Shown: positions 22,844 through 35,398 of the stretch, piece by piece | Position numbering within the stretch: the stretch's first letter is position 1 | How the letters are laid out: every line of letters starts with the position of its first letter | The notes under the pieces: generated by a model | The model's input: only the letters and a program-made list of their open reading frames with translations | Told to the model about the DNA's origin: nothing | The model's database searches: none | Program-made: the position numbers and the translations under genes | Source of the DNA: Picochlorum sp. SENEW3 | Lineage: Eukaryota | Length of the DNA: 64,000 nt | NCBI GenBank assembly: GCA_034226945.1 | Contig: CP120462.1 | Span: 1 to 64,000 of the forward strand | Direction: 5' to 3'

Positions 22844-23510
22844 TCCGTTTGTATACTTGCCTCTCTCTGACTAACTAATATCAATTGAATTCTAAAAACA
22901 TATTTATGCGCGCATATATATTTACTTGTGACGCACGAGGTCTGTGTCGCTCACAATATACTGGAGGAGCACATGGTCACGCAGCGCATGATTGGATGGA
23001 AGATATGCTTCGACAGCACCCCTCGCAGCCACGAGACGGTCCGGATACCCCCGGGTCAATCAGCTATTGGAGCATGGGTGACCAGAGATATCGTATCCTA
23101 ATGTATCCCATTCCTCAATCAATAAAGACATGATTGCGTCCTGTTGCTCGTGTTTAGAGCCACTATCTTGAATGCCGATGGAGGCAATGCATGCTGTGGA
23201 ATGATTTTTCTTTCTTTTGTTGGTGCCAGGACCGATCCATGGTCGACAGACCGATCCTTGGGGGAGTCGTCCGGCTATGGACGCAGTTTGACCGATGAAA
23301 CCGTGTCAAGAAGAACACACGTCTTCGTGTGGGCCCACGATGGGCCACAAAACAGTCGACGTAGACTCGATACTTTCTGGAAAATTCTGGAAATTGTATC
23401 GCATGGGCACCGGGAGAAACCGAAAATCTGGGGTATTCGGTCACGCGTGCCATCATCTGTAACAACCGTATTGGCAACTCGTTGGCATCGATAAAAAAAA
23501 ACGTGCAGAG

Positions 23511-24200
23511 ATGTCGAGCAAGGCATCAAAAATGAGGATGGATGCGTATGAGGCTAGGGGAAGGGCGTATCAACGCCATTGGGTCAGTGACCTGATGGGG
23601 ACTACCGGAGAATCGCCCGGGTATTGCTGCTACACGATTTGGTGTCCCTGGTGTGCGAGTTATCAGCTGCGAAAGAGGGCTTTGTACGGAGATATGTCGC
23701 GATATTTATGCTGTGCCGGATATTTGCCCTGTTCCGGACGGTGTGGAGAACAGAAGTGTCCAAGCTGTTGTCTGTGCCTGGAAGTCTGTGTGTGTTTCTC
23801 GCAGAGTGTGGCCTCTACGCGATGGTTATTGCAAGATGAGATGCACCTGTCCAACACGAAGTGCGACAATTGCATTATCGCGACAACGGTTTTCATGCAG
23901 TATCTGTCCTGCATATTTTCGTGTATAGCTCTTTGCGTCGATGGCATGCAAGAGGCTGCATGCATCCTCGACTATATTGCAGATTGCCTCTGGTGCTCGA
24001 TGTGCGCTTGCATGCAGACACAGCACAAGATTCAGTTGGATGCTCGAGATAGGGACCCTTCCTTGGTCCAGCCACCGCATCCTTTCATGGCACCTGTCCA
24101 ACAGCAAATGGGCATGCCTCAACCTCCCCCTCACATGGCCGGAGGATATCCTGGTCAACAGCAACCTGCCTATGCTGGGTACCCTCCTCCACCGAAGTGA
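23511..24200 (+). CDS. PLAC8-family cysteine-rich protein
   Basis: CCYTIWCPWCASYQLRKRAL, a Cys-rich core and a Pro/Gln/Tyr-rich tail. Confidence 0.88.
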   Translation: MSSKASKMRMDAYEARGRAYQRHWVSDLMGTTGESPGYCCYTIWCPWCASYQLRKRALYGDMSRYLCCAGYLPCSGRCGEQKCPSCCLCLEVCVCFSQSVASTRWLLQDEMHLSNTKCDNCIIATTVFMQYLSCIFSCIALCVDGMQEAACILDYIADCLWCSMCACMQTQHKIQLDARDRDPSLVQPPHPFMAPVQQQMGMPQPPPHMAGGYPGQQQPAYAGYPPPPK

Positions 24201-24243
24201 TGTAACATTACAATGTAAAAATTTACAAAGCAAAAATTCATTT

Positions 24244-26556
24244 CTACGGGGTTGTCAATGCTGCACCAAGCTTGATGCCTCTGGCTAGAGCGTGCTGCAC
24301 CAGGCCCCACTGCACATCCACAATCAAATCTTGCATGCCTGGCTTTTGTAGCAGACGTCTAACCTGAGGATCTGCGGATTGCAAACTAGATCTAACTCTT
24401 CCCATAAATGACACAATGTCTCTTGGCCCAGGCACTGCATTGGAACTTGGCAGAAGACCTTCAAGATCATCATCGCCTTGGGAGATCAATGGCGCAAGCA
24501 ATGACAGTCTTTCAAGCGCTTCACTCTCTTCACTCGTCTCTGGCACCAGCTTTTGAGCTTGTTCACTGCCTACCCTATCCACCAACGATTTGCGAACTGC
24601 GTTCGAGATGTATGAGTCAACGAGCCTCACAATTTCATTTGCCAAGGGTTTTCTCACTGGCCTTCCTCCATCCGACAAGACCCATTCTGCAAGCGTCCAG
24701 ATTTGTGAAGAGTCGAAGTCATAGCTCTTTGAACCTTCCCTTATCAAATTTTCTAATCTATTCCACCTCAGACGGCCATTTTGGAGAATCAAATCCTCAA
24801 GTGAGGATCGAAGTTCAGGAGCTGGATCAGTCAATAGCCGCCGTGCCACATATGGGTATGCAGCGCCTAATAAATTATAGCGTTTGTCTGCGCTCAGAGC
24901 CAAACCTTCCAGTACTGTCAAAGACCTCAAAATGAGAGCATAATACGCTGGGACTCTGAAAGGGTACTGGAACAACACTCCACCAAGCCCATCGACCAGT
25001 GTCCTGAAATTTAAGCGGGAGACCGTTGAATCCGCCAATACCTCGTCAAAAAACGCAGCAAGAGCGGGAGCTATGGGCGTTGTATCGACGTCTGGGTCCA
25101 TGAAATCCAATGTGTAATAATCGTAACACATTGCCAAGTAATCTTTGTTCACCAAATGGACTACGTGGGCAATTATAGCATATCGAGCGGATGGAGGAGC
25201 TTCACTCATCATTCCAAAATCCAGATACACTAAATCGCCCCCCTTGGTGGCCAGCAGGTTCCCTGGATGCGGATCTGCGTGGAAGAATCCAGCCTCCAAG
25301 AGCTGCCGCAGAGTACATTCCACCCCAACAGTAACAAAGTCCACGACATCCAGTCCAGCATTTGTCATGGCTTCTTTATCCGTCAGTTTGACCCCATCGA
25401 TCCACTCCATCGTTAGAACCCTCCTTGAGGTTGCTTGCCTCTTGATTGCTGGGGTTCTGACTCTTGGTACATGGGAGTACAGCTCCTGAAATCTCTCGCA
25501 ATTTTTTCCCTCCTGGACATAATCTAATTCTCCAAATAGCCTTCCAGCAAACTCATCAACCAAAGGAACCAAAGGTTGTGATAATATATCAAGTCGTGCA
25601 TCAATAACTTTCACCAAGCGCCGTAAGAGGACCATATCCACAGCAATGCCCTCCCCGATGGCGGGTCTTTGAACTTTTATCGCCACCTCCTCTCCGGTCT
25701 CCCTCAAAACACCTTTATATACTTGTCCCAGGGAAGCTGCTGCAACAGGCTCCTCAGAGATTGAGGAATACATCTGATCCACAGGGCAGCCAAGCTCTTC
25801 TTCAATCACAGCCATGGCTACCGGGGTAGGGAAAGGGTCCAGTCTATCTTGAAGCGATGCTAAACAGTCTAGATATGGCTTCGGAAGCAAATCTGGTCTT
25901 GATGAAAGAGCCTGGCCTACCTTGACAAAAGATGGGCCCAGTCCTGCCAGGGTCCTCCTAAGTTGCTCTGCTCTCTTGCCAGCGTTTGCCTCGAAACTAC
26001 CTGAAGCAATATCCGTTAAAATTCCACCTATAACTCCGCCAAGGGATGAAGCTATGCTCAGCGCTCTCGCCGTGAGATATGTGGGTCGCTGTGACATGGA
26101 CTGAGCAAGCTTGTCTGGGTCATACTGTTGTCCCATCTCTGCCAACAGTGTCGGAAGCTCGGGAGACAACGATGACAGCTCCATTGCATCAACGAGTGAT
26201 TTCTGCCCCGTTTCTGTGAAAAACCAGTCGTTGATGTCCCGCTCCACCGACTGCTCTTGCCTGTCCTGGACAGCATACCTCTTGGAGACACCTATCTGTG
26301 TCTCAGACGGTCTGGCATGTATCCAGCCAGCCTTGTATGAATGTATAACCCTGTTTGTGCCCCGAGACTTGCCTGCAACACCAAAGCGTTGCGGACAACG
26401 TGTGGCGCTCATGTCGCAACGTTCAGGCACCACCTCTTTGTTATGTAAACGGAGCTTCTGAGATGTTCTTGGCTTATAATAGTGTTCTTCTATTGTTATA
26501 TTTACCGTACTAGCCATTTCAAGTCCATTTCTACAGCCATCGACAAGAGAAGTCAT
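24244..26556 (-). CDS. ABC1/UbiB atypical kinase (plastid ABC1K family)
   Basis: LGPSFVKVGQALSSRPDL, AAASLGQVY, VAIKVQRP, FFHADPHPGN and YLDFGMM. Confidence 0.95.
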   Translation of the reverse strand: MTSLVDGCRNGLEMASTVNITIEEHYYKPRTSQKLRLHNKEVVPERCDMSATRCPQRFGVAGKSRGTNRVIHSYKAGWIHARPSETQIGVSKRYAVQDRQEQSVERDINDWFFTETGQKSLVDAMELSSLSPELPTLLAEMGQQYDPDKLAQSMSQRPTYLTARALSIASSLGGVIGGILTDIASGSFEANAGKRAEQLRRTLAGLGPSFVKVGQALSSRPDLLPKPYLDCLASLQDRLDPFPTPVAMAVIEEELGCPVDQMYSSISEEPVAAASLGQVYKGVLRETGEEVAIKVQRPAIGEGIAVDMVLLRRLVKVIDARLDILSQPLVPLVDEFAGRLFGELDYVQEGKNCERFQELYSHVPRVRTPAIKRQATSRRVLTMEWIDGVKLTDKEAMTNAGLDVVDFVTVGVECTLRQLLEAGFFHADPHPGNLLATKGGDLVYLDFGMMSEAPPSARYAIIAHVVHLVNKDYLAMCYDYYTLDFMDPDVDTTPIAPALAAFFDEVLADSTVSRLNFRTLVDGLGGVLFQYPFRVPAYYALILRSLTVLEGLALSADKRYNLLGAAYPYVARRLLTDPAPELRSSLEDLILQNGRLRWNRLENLIREGSKSYDFDSSQIWTLAEWVLSDGGRPVRKPLANEIVRLVDSYISNAVRKSLVDRVGSEQAQKLVPETSEESEALERLSLLAPLISQGDDDLEGLLPSSNAVPGPRDIVSFMGRVRSSLQSADPQVRRLLQKPGMQDLIVDVQWGLVQHALARGIKLGAALTTP

Positions 26557-26765
26557 TTGTGCAGGAGGTTTTGAAAGGAGCCGATCAACCTTTCATTCCG
26601 ATGGGAGGCATCCATCTTTGTTCTGCGATTCGAATATTCCTTCATCAGTTGCCTGAACTTCAACTTGAATTTCGAACACAATTCAGTAAAGGAATTGGCA
26701 TATCACATTGTTCATATTGCAGTGGGAGTTACCATTGGGGATACCTTCCCAAACCTTCCGGAAAG

Positions 26766-27905
26766 ATGTTGTCGTCTAACAAGGGCTTTGTTAATCTCAG
26801 CAGTTTGGTCGTTTTAGCCGTTGCTACGTCATTGATATTGCATGTTGATGGTCGAATTACCAAATGGGATGCCTGGATTCGAGATTTCAAGTCTATCGAG
26901 ACGATGATTACAAAATCGAAACAGGCTGGCAATCCGACTCCAGCAATCGGTATTCTCGCGCAGCGATGTCACAATTGCCCAGGAAAATCGTTCATTGCAG
27001 CTGGATTTGTGAAATGGATTGAATCAGCTGGGGGCCGCCCGGTGCCCATCCGGTATTATTCATCGGAGAAGGAGTTGAGAAGGCTGTTCCGTGCCACAAA
27101 TGGCCTGATTTTCCCCGGAGGTTTGACGGATTTGTACAAAGATTCTCCGTACGTCGTTGCCGCGAAAAAGCTTTGGACTTGGGCAAAAGAGGAAAATGAC
27201 AAAGGAAATCCGTATCCGATTCACGGAACTTGTCTTGGATTCCAACTCTTGCATATCCTTGAGAGTGACGTGTCGTTCAAGAAATTGCTGATTGAGACTG
27301 ATTCAGTTGCGCATCCATCAACTCTGGAATTCACGGAAGAAGCTTCGGAGTCCCTTATGTTTGGAACAATGGATCAAGATCTTCTTGATGCAGCAGAAGA
27401 TGAGGAGAAGAACATCATCATGGAGAATCATATGTTTGGTCTTCCCCCGGAGCACTACTCAACGTGGCCTGTACTGAAAGAAAACTTCAACATCTTGTCC
27501 ATCTCGAAAGATAGGAATGGCGTCGAATATGTTTCCTCTGCAGAACATAAAAAGTATCCATTTTTCGCGACCCAATGGCATCCCGAAAAGCCTCCTTTTG
27601 AGTTTGGCATGAAAGAGATTCCACATTCACTTGATGCCATAAGGGTGGCCCAACATCTTGCTAATGTGTTTATTGAGACTGCCAGACAGTCTCCACACGA
27701 TTTTGAATCTCCTGAGGAAGAACTTTCAGATTTGATATACAATTATCATCCTTATTTTACACTCAAGGACTCTATTTTTGATGGATCATATGATGGTCCA
27801 GACATCTGCTACTTCTTTGATCGGACAGATGATGAGCCGCACTCTGGAGCAGACGACAAGCCTGACAATAGCCCAAGTGTCAATTTTCATGGCAGGTTCG
27901 GTTGA
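26766..27905 (+). CDS. GGH: Gamma-glutamyl hydrolase (peptidase C26) with signal peptide
   Basis: PAIGIL, FVKWIESAGGR, GLIFPGG, GTCLGFQ and QWHPEK. Likely start MLSSNKGF. Confidence 0.92.
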   Translation: MLSSNKGFVNLSSLVVLAVATSLILHVDGRITKWDAWIRDFKSIETMITKSKQAGNPTPAIGILAQRCHNCPGKSFIAAGFVKWIESAGGRPVPIRYYSSEKELRRLFRATNGLIFPGGLTDLYKDSPYVVAAKKLWTWAKEENDKGNPYPIHGTCLGFQLLHILESDVSFKKLLIETDSVAHPSTLEFTEEASESLMFGTMDQDLLDAAEDEEKNIIMENHMFGLPPEHYSTWPVLKENFNILSISKDRNGVEYVSSAEHKKYPFFATQWHPEKPPFEFGMKEIPHSLDAIRVAQHLANVFIETARQSPHDFESPEEELSDLIYNYHPYFTLKDSIFDGSYDGPDICYFFDRTDDEPHSGADDKPDNSPSVNFHGRFG

Positions 27906-27967
27906 TTGAGATGCAACATCTTTAAAGTCTATATCTCTAAGTCTGTAATGTCTGAGTCTTAAGAAAA

Positions 27968-30900
27968 TTACTTTCTTGCTTGCCACATTGCTGAATTCGA
28001 ATTTTTCGCGGGATTGGTACCAAAAGATGATGTTGCCTGGCCCATCTGAGCGAATGATGCAAATTCCGTCTTTCCCTGATTTGCCATGGATGCAAACCCA
28101 GATCCTTGGCCTTGTGCTAACGTTGAGAATCCTGTGGTGGATTGTCCAAATGCTGGAGACTGACCAAAGCCAGATGCTATATTTTGTGTTGCAGACGCCT
28201 GTCCAAAGGTAGATGCCTGCCCAAATCCAGATGCCTGTCCAAATGCTGTAGACTGTCCCAAGCTAGAGGGTTGTCCGAAGCCAGACGACTGCCCAGGAGA
28301 TGCTGTACTTTGTGTGGTAGATGCCTGCCCAAATCCAGATGCCTGTCCAAATGCTGTAGACTGCCCCAAGCTAGAGGGTTGTCCGAAGCCAGAGGACTGC
28401 CCAGGAGATGCTATACTTTGTGTGGTAGATGCCTGTCCAAAAGCAGATGCCTGCCCAAAAGCAGATGCCTGTCCAAAAGTAGATGCCTGCCCAAAAGTAG
28501 ATGCCTGCCCAAATGCAGATGGTGTTCCAGAAAATGATGGCCTCCCTATTCCTGCTGATTGTCCCATGCTAGAGAAACTTCCGTTTGGAGATATTGTACT
28601 CTCACTGGAGATGGAAGGGGCACTTTCCAACCCTGCCGTAGCACTAGTCTGGCCCTGTGTTTCTGCAATTGTCTTAAGTGGGAATGCTTGACCAACCCCA
28701 AATGGTTGAGCATCTGATGATTCCAGCGTTTTAGGCTTTATGAAAGCCTGGGAGCCTGTCAAACTATTGTCTTTTTGAGTTTCAGTAGTCTGAATAACAA
28801 GTTTTCCGAATACATTGGATTCATTGCCAATCTTTCCAGTGATTTCTGTCGAGTCTTCCGAAAGTTTTGCAGTGTCTATGTTTGTCCCCTGAGACACATG
28901 AGAAGACGGTGCTGAAATATCCTTGGCAGGGGAAACATCATCAGATGTTTTTACTGTATTTCCCGTGCCCATCTTATCCATCAGCCCCTTGGACTGCTGC
29001 TGCATCGACAAGGAGGGTAGCGGAGGCTGGCTGCTGGCACTGCTGCCTCCCAGAATAGGCTTGGATTCCTTGACCCCAGGCTTTGCAGCAGCACCCATCT
29101 TATCCATCAGCCCCTTGGACTGCTGCTGCATCGACAATGAGGGCAGCGGAGGCTGGCTGCTGGCACTGCTGCCTCCCAGAATAGGCTTGGATTCCTTGAC
29201 CGCAGGCTTTGCAGTAGCGCCCAAGGGTTGTTTGAACACGGATCTCTTTTCCTCATATTTCGTGTATAGATCTCGTGGTTCAGGAATCTTTGGCAAAGAC
29301 ATAGGTGGCAAGGTAGGCAAACTGGACGCTAATTTTGATCCAGGATCAGTTTTTGGTGATATCAAGGTCCTCCTGATGCCCGCTTTGCTCATACATCTCT
29401 CTAAAATGTCCTTGCTGAGTTGATTGCTCGACTCATCACCATGTTGTGCTCCTACATTGGACAAGAAATTTACTTCACGAGAACGTATGATATCAGCACT
29501 CGGGCTCAATGAGACCCATTGCTGCCTGTCATGCTGAGGGCTGACATGCAAGAGGTCTTGGCCATGTGGAGACACTGGAGTGCCTGCAAAACAAAATGAA
29601 TAAATACATCATAGCTACCAGACATAATGACGGAAAGAATCCCTTTTGCTTCTGCATACCTGGCAAGGTTACAAGTCCCCTTTCTTTGAGAAGGGTCTCA
29701 TTTGACACAATCCCTACTTTGCAAGCTAGTGCCCAGAGTGCATTGATTTTCGCTACCTGATCTTTCATTATAACGTCTTGGGCATATACAGATTTCTTCA
29801 AAGAGCCCCATGGATTATTGTTTGAGAAACCTCTATTTTGTATCCCTGCCTCTCCAAAAGATGACAAAGTCTCCTGTAATTCTTCACATGAGAACCGCAA
29901 CGATTTCAATTGCGATTTTATAGCTTCTCTGACATTAAGAAGGGATGCATTCAACGGCTTCCCCTCCTTTCCTTGTATGCACGATTGTTTCCCCTGGAAA
30001 AGGGGCATGGCCTCCATCTTGCTGTAAGCCTCTTTGACGGAAGACAGCAAAGTGTCAAACCCGTTTTGAAGATCAGACAGTTCTATCAATGGAGCGCTCA
30101 TTCTTGGCATCAAATCATTTGTCTTGTCTCTCAGCGATTGGCTTTTCACCTTTTCAATTGACGATGCGAGAGTCTTGAATGACTGAAATTCCAAATGTCT
30201 GGATGTGAACAAGTCAGCGAGAAATTCCTTCTCAATTCTGGGAATGTCTCCTGGGCAATTAGACAATGAAGACACAGGATATGCTATTTCGGGGTCATCA
30301 GAAATGTGTCGCTCGCTTGTCTCGATCGAAACGGCACCCAGGACTGGCTCAGGTGCTTTTTCTGGCACAATCTTTGTCTCAAGCGACTTGCCTGCAGGCA
30401 CCTCTGAGGTTTCTTCATTAGCTCCTTCATCGCTGAAATCTTCTTCTAGAAACTCATCAGATTCATTTTCTGGCAACGCCGTCTGCAGACCTAGAGCTAC
30501 ATCTGACACCTCTTTGAAGAATACGCATCTGGTCTCCGAGGTGGCCAGTGGCTCGTTAGTGACCACTTTTGTATTCGCGAGGGAGCCTAGCGCATACAAT
30601 CTCAACATTCCGTCCGAAGTGAAGATCCAAACTCCTGGCAAATTTTCCAAGTCTGGAGCTGTTGCATCCACTGGATGTGGGCATGAAATTCCTGTTGTCT
30701 GATCAATGCCAATTTTCCTGACAAAATTGTCCACATCCCCTGGACCACCTGGAATCCGAATGGATAAAGCATCTTCAACTATTGGATCAAATGAAATACC
30801 GCTTCCATCGCTCGAAAATACCCTAATGTGGCCATCCGCGATGCCTTGATGGGAGGACACAAGGACACCCCACTCAGGTATTACCCCGCCGATCAACATT

Positions 30901-32013
30901 TGCTTTGGAGGAACAGAGCTCTCCACCGTAGCAGGAAATAGCTCATGGATGGATATGTTCTGCTCTGATTCCGGGAACGAATCACCTGTCCAAGTCAATG
31001 AAAGATGAGCCACCAAAAGTTCCTCCTCATCCACAAGCTCTTGGCAGGTGACAATGATACTTCGATCTCCCAGCCAAATCGAGCCATCCACCATCTCAAT
31101 CGAGGCACAATTCTCTTCCACATCTATACTCGTCAATTGCATATTCTTGGAGCGTGCACGCGAGACAACATCAAACAGATACACAAAATCTCCAGATGCA
31201 ACCACCATCGTTCCTCCAGTGGGCTTCCAGCTGAACGAGCGGACATTGCTATCAATTTTGCAAGAATTCAAGAGATTCTTTACCGAGACGTCCAACAAAA
31301 ATAAGTCTCCCCTGTCTGTCAACACTGATAGAAGGTGAGAATTTTTCCTTGGTTCCCACTCAATATAGCAGACTGGGCCATCCATGTCAATGTCCCAAAG
31401 GGACGATACACAACCATTCTCTATATCAAAAGCACTATAAACACTAATCCTGCTCCCGCAGATGATTGTGAGAAGGGCTCCATCTCGGGTGAGGACGAGG
31501 TCAGAGACAGGCCTTGAAACACCAAAAACAGGTCGCACATCGGGATTGTCGAAAATTGTGGCCAAATTCGGGCTGCATAGCACACAGATGTACGCACTAG
31601 TTAATCGGCTTCAAGGAAATACGAGCAGCCGTCCCCCTCAGGTTCTGCGAGGGAGGCATACTTGAAGAAATCAAAATCAAAAGACGCACATGGTATCGCT
31701 ATTTTCAATCTTCTCCAACAGACTGCGAATTACAGAGCATTTTAGACAATATATATCTACATAAAAATCGATACGTGTGTTGGTCAAATGAAGAAAGTCG
31801 AAACTGGTTCTCAAGTCTCAAGGCATGAAACGTACCTGTTCCTGACGCCAGATAGATCACCCCATTCGTTCTTGAGAAGGCTACACAACCATTATCTTTA
31901 TCACCACCCAATCCAATCTTACACTCTCCAATGCGACTGAAAAAGAGGCCATTGCCCGAGTCTTCCTGAATCTCTTGAACACTGTCAAGAACAATGGTGC
32001 CAGGCGAAGACAT
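27968..32013 (-). CDS. FG-repeat nucleoporin, Nup214/Nup159-like (multi-exon; boundaries approximate)
   Basis: N-terminal beta-propeller-like region, central coiled coil, and C-terminal FGQ repeats across frames 31705-32013, 29529-31583 and 27968-29575. Confidence 0.75.
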
Positions 32014-32273
32014 CTGATCAGTCCATAGATATTCAATAGTTTGTCACTTAACAATCTTTCAGCAATGAAATGAGCCACGTCGTGGTTGGCATCAGATTTG
32101 ATTGACGTGGGATTGTAATTAAACTATTTAAAAAAGTCCATGAAAAAAATAAGATTCTATGGCAGCATGGCGCAATAAGAAAATTTTGCAACGTACCAGT
32201 GCGTTTGGGCTGCCCTTCCCTGGATATTCAAAAGAACACGGGGATCGAAGGTGGTTGTGGTGTACCTGCCCAA

Positions 32274-34430
32274 ATGTCGTCAAGAATAGCACGATTGGCG
32301 ACGTGCAACCTCTGCCAATGGTCGATGGACTTTGATGGTAATTTAAAGAGAATTAAAGCATCAATTGAAGAATCTCGGGTGCTCGGTGCTCGGTATCGAG
32401 TGGGGCCAGAGCTGGAAGTGCCTGGGTACGGTTGTGAAGACCACTTCAACGAGCTCGATACAGAAACGCATTCTTGGGAATGTATTGGCGATTTGATTGT
32501 CAACGGGTATTCCAATGGTATGGTGATTGATATAGGGGCACCAGTGAGCCACAAAGGGGTCAGGTATAACTGTAGAATTTTCATCTTGAATTCAAAAGTG
32601 TTGTTGATCAGGCCAAAGATGGATTTGGCAAATGACGGCAACTATAGAGAGCCCAGGTATTTTTCGACATGGAAGGCCAGGAAAGCACTGGATGAGTTTC
32701 AGCTTCCTCACGAGATTCGTAAAGCTACTGGGCAGAAGAGTTGTCCAATAGGAGATGGGTACCTGCAGTTTGTGGATGCGACTTTAGCAGCAGAAACCTG
32801 TGAAGAGCTCTTCACTCCGGCTGCACCCCATATAGATCTGGCGCTCGCTGGAGTTCAGATTATCACTAACGGGTCAGGATCACATCATCAGCTGAGGAAG
32901 CTGAATGTCCGGCTCGATCTGATGAGAAGTGCGACATCCAAAGCAGGCGGAGCGTACCTGTATGCAAATCAGCAGGGATGTGATGGAGGCCGCTTGTATT
33001 ATGATGGCTGCGCTTGCGTGATAGTAAATGGTGATCTAGTGAAACAAGGATCCCAGTTCTCTGTGAGGGAAGTGGAGACGGTGGTGGCTGATATTGATTT
33101 GGATCAAATTGACACATACAGGGGTGCCCTGAGTAGCATGAGGGACCAATCTAGCAAGGCAGAGGCCTTTCCGGTCGTCTATGTGGACTTTTCTCTTTGC
33201 ATAGACGGTACATATCTGCCATCTCAAAGCATCAGTCCACGCTATTTATCGCCAGAAGAAGAGATTGGGCGGGGCCCTGGCTGCTGGCTGTGGGATTACC
33301 TACGGCGATCTGGTGCAAGCGGATTTCTTCTTCCACTGTCTGGAGGAGCCGATAGTGCGTCTGTTGCTGCCATCGTTGGGTGTATGTGTCAGATGATCAT
33401 GGAGAATATACCCATCGATGCAGGGCTGAAGAAGGACGTGGAAAGGGTTTGTAACATTGAGGATGCCTCTCTGATTCAGACCCATCAGGACCTTGCCAGA
33501 ATGATTCTCACGACAGTGTACATGGGTACTGCGAATTCGAGCAACGAAACACGCATGCGTGCTTCCAGGCTCTCAACGGAGATTGGGGCGTATCATCTGG
33601 ACGTGAAGATTGATACAGTGGTCTCAGCCCTGACAGCTTTGTTCTCTGCTGTCACGGGCAAGATGCCAAAATTCAAGGTTCACGGAGGCACCCATTCGGA
33701 GAACGCCGCGCTACAAAATATACAGGCTAGAATAAGAATGGTGATTGCGTTCCTCCTTGCACAGCTGATGCCTTGGGCCACTGGGAAGTCTGGCTTTTTG
33801 TTGGTTCTAGGCAGTGGGAATGTTGACGAGGCCCTCAGAGGGTACCTCACTAAATACGATTGCTCTTCAGCTGATTTAAATCCTATTGGTATGTGGTATT
33901 GAGTGCTATTTATTCTTTTCAGGGATGGATCAACGGAAGTTTTCTCGCCTGCAGGTGGTGTCAGTAAGCAGGATCTGCGGCGATTTCTGAGATGGGCTGC
34001 TGATGCACTTGGATACATGACCCTGGCAGAGATTGAAGCAGCTCCTCCCACTGCGGAGCTAGAACCCCTTGATGGATCAGGAAAGATTACACAAACGGAT
34101 GAAGCAGATATGGGCATGACCTACGAGGAGCTGTCTGTTTTTGGTCGGCTCAGAAAGATCAATATGTGTGGCCCCGTCAGCATGTACAAGGCGCTCGCGG
34201 GCATTTGGAGGAATATCCATCCACCAAATGTGATCGCGGACAAAGTGAAACATTTCTTCAGGCAATACAGCATCAATCGACACAAAGTGACGGTGTTGAC
34301 ACCGTCATATCATGCTGAGAATTACTCTCCTGATGACAACAGGTTTGATCACAGGCAATTTCTGTACAATGTATCTTGGCCATGGCAATTTAGGAAGATT
34401 GACGAGATAGCTAAGGCACATTCGGAATAA
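32274..34430 (+). CDS. QNS1: Glutamine-dependent NAD+ synthetase (intron ~33889-33953)
   Basis: Nitrilase domain ([22 protein letters not shown]) and synthetase domain ([37 protein letters not shown]). Confidence 0.96.
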
Positions 34431-34445
34431 CTTATGTATTTTCAG

Positions 34446-35342
34446 ATGCCCACTCTTTCCTCATCTCCTCGCACTGGCAGAGGACCTGCAAGGTTCGTGT
34501 TGCCACTCAACTCCAACTCTCGCAGGCGGCAGGTACAGGGCCGAATTCAAGGAGTCAAAAGCAAAAAAAATGGTGAGAAGAGTTCAAGCTTAGATATCGA
34601 TGTCTTTGAGACAATTGGAACGGACAAGGACACGTCAAAGTTCGAGCCCTTCTCCAACGGATTGAACCTGTTCCGCAGTCTTGACACCTCCGAGCCTGTG
34701 TCTTTCGATGGCCAAGAAAAGGTTGAGTTTGACCCACTACGAGATGGACCGTTGCGGTATCTGGGGTATTCTAACGAGCTCGGAGAAGCATTCTCGGCGT
34801 GGCTCTTCCCTGGAGGTGTCAGTTTGTCCTATGCGGTGGCCATAGGCTATGTGCTATTCGACACATGGGACAAGTACACGAAAACTTTGACTGAAGCCGA
34901 GGAAGTTCTGGGTGCGAGGCGCCTGCCTGGGGTTGTGGACAAGGACAGACTAGTCTCCATTATCGGTCTTGAGAGAGGTGTCGACACTTTGATCTGGCAG
35001 TTGCTTGCCTCGGTCATCTTACCTGGATACACAATTCATACAGTGGTTGGAATCTCTAGCAGTATTTGTAACAGGGTGCTAGAAAGTAGTCTCGGTGATG
35101 ATCTTTTCAGCAGGTTAGGACATGCATTCATGCTTGAGCCTGAGTCTCTTCAGAGCTTGTCAGAGAAATCTCTTCCCACCTTTCTGGGGCTACTCGCGAT
35201 TCCTTTCATTGTCCACCCCATCGATTCTGGTGTTCACGGAGTATTGAATGCAACCCTAAGAAAGCAGTTGAGAAAGTACATCTGTATCCAAGGAAAGGGA
35301 GCACAAGCAGGACTGCCAATATGTGCAGAATGCCAAAAATAA
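34446..35342 (+). CDS. MTP18/MTFP1-family protein with transit-peptide-like N-terminus
   Basis: PLRYLGYSNELGEAF, DTLIWQLLASVILPGYTIH and LGLLAIPFIVHPID. Alternative ATG at 34434. Confidence 0.85.
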   Translation: MPTLSSSPRTGRGPARFVLPLNSNSRRRQVQGRIQGVKSKKNGEKSSSLDIDVFETIGTDKDTSKFEPFSNGLNLFRSLDTSEPVSFDGQEKVEFDPLRDGPLRYLGYSNELGEAFSAWLFPGGVSLSYAVAIGYVLFDTWDKYTKTLTEAEEVLGARRLPGVVDKDRLVSIIGLERGVDTLIWQLLASVILPGYTIHTVVGISSSICNRVLESSLGDDLFSRLGHAFMLEPESLQSLSEKSLPTFLGLLAIPFIVHPIDSGVHGVLNATLRKQLRKYICIQGKGAQAGLPICAECQK

Positions 35343-35398
35343 ATACACAGAAATTATTTTTTATTATTTTTAAACCATGTACATGTAATATTTCAAAA

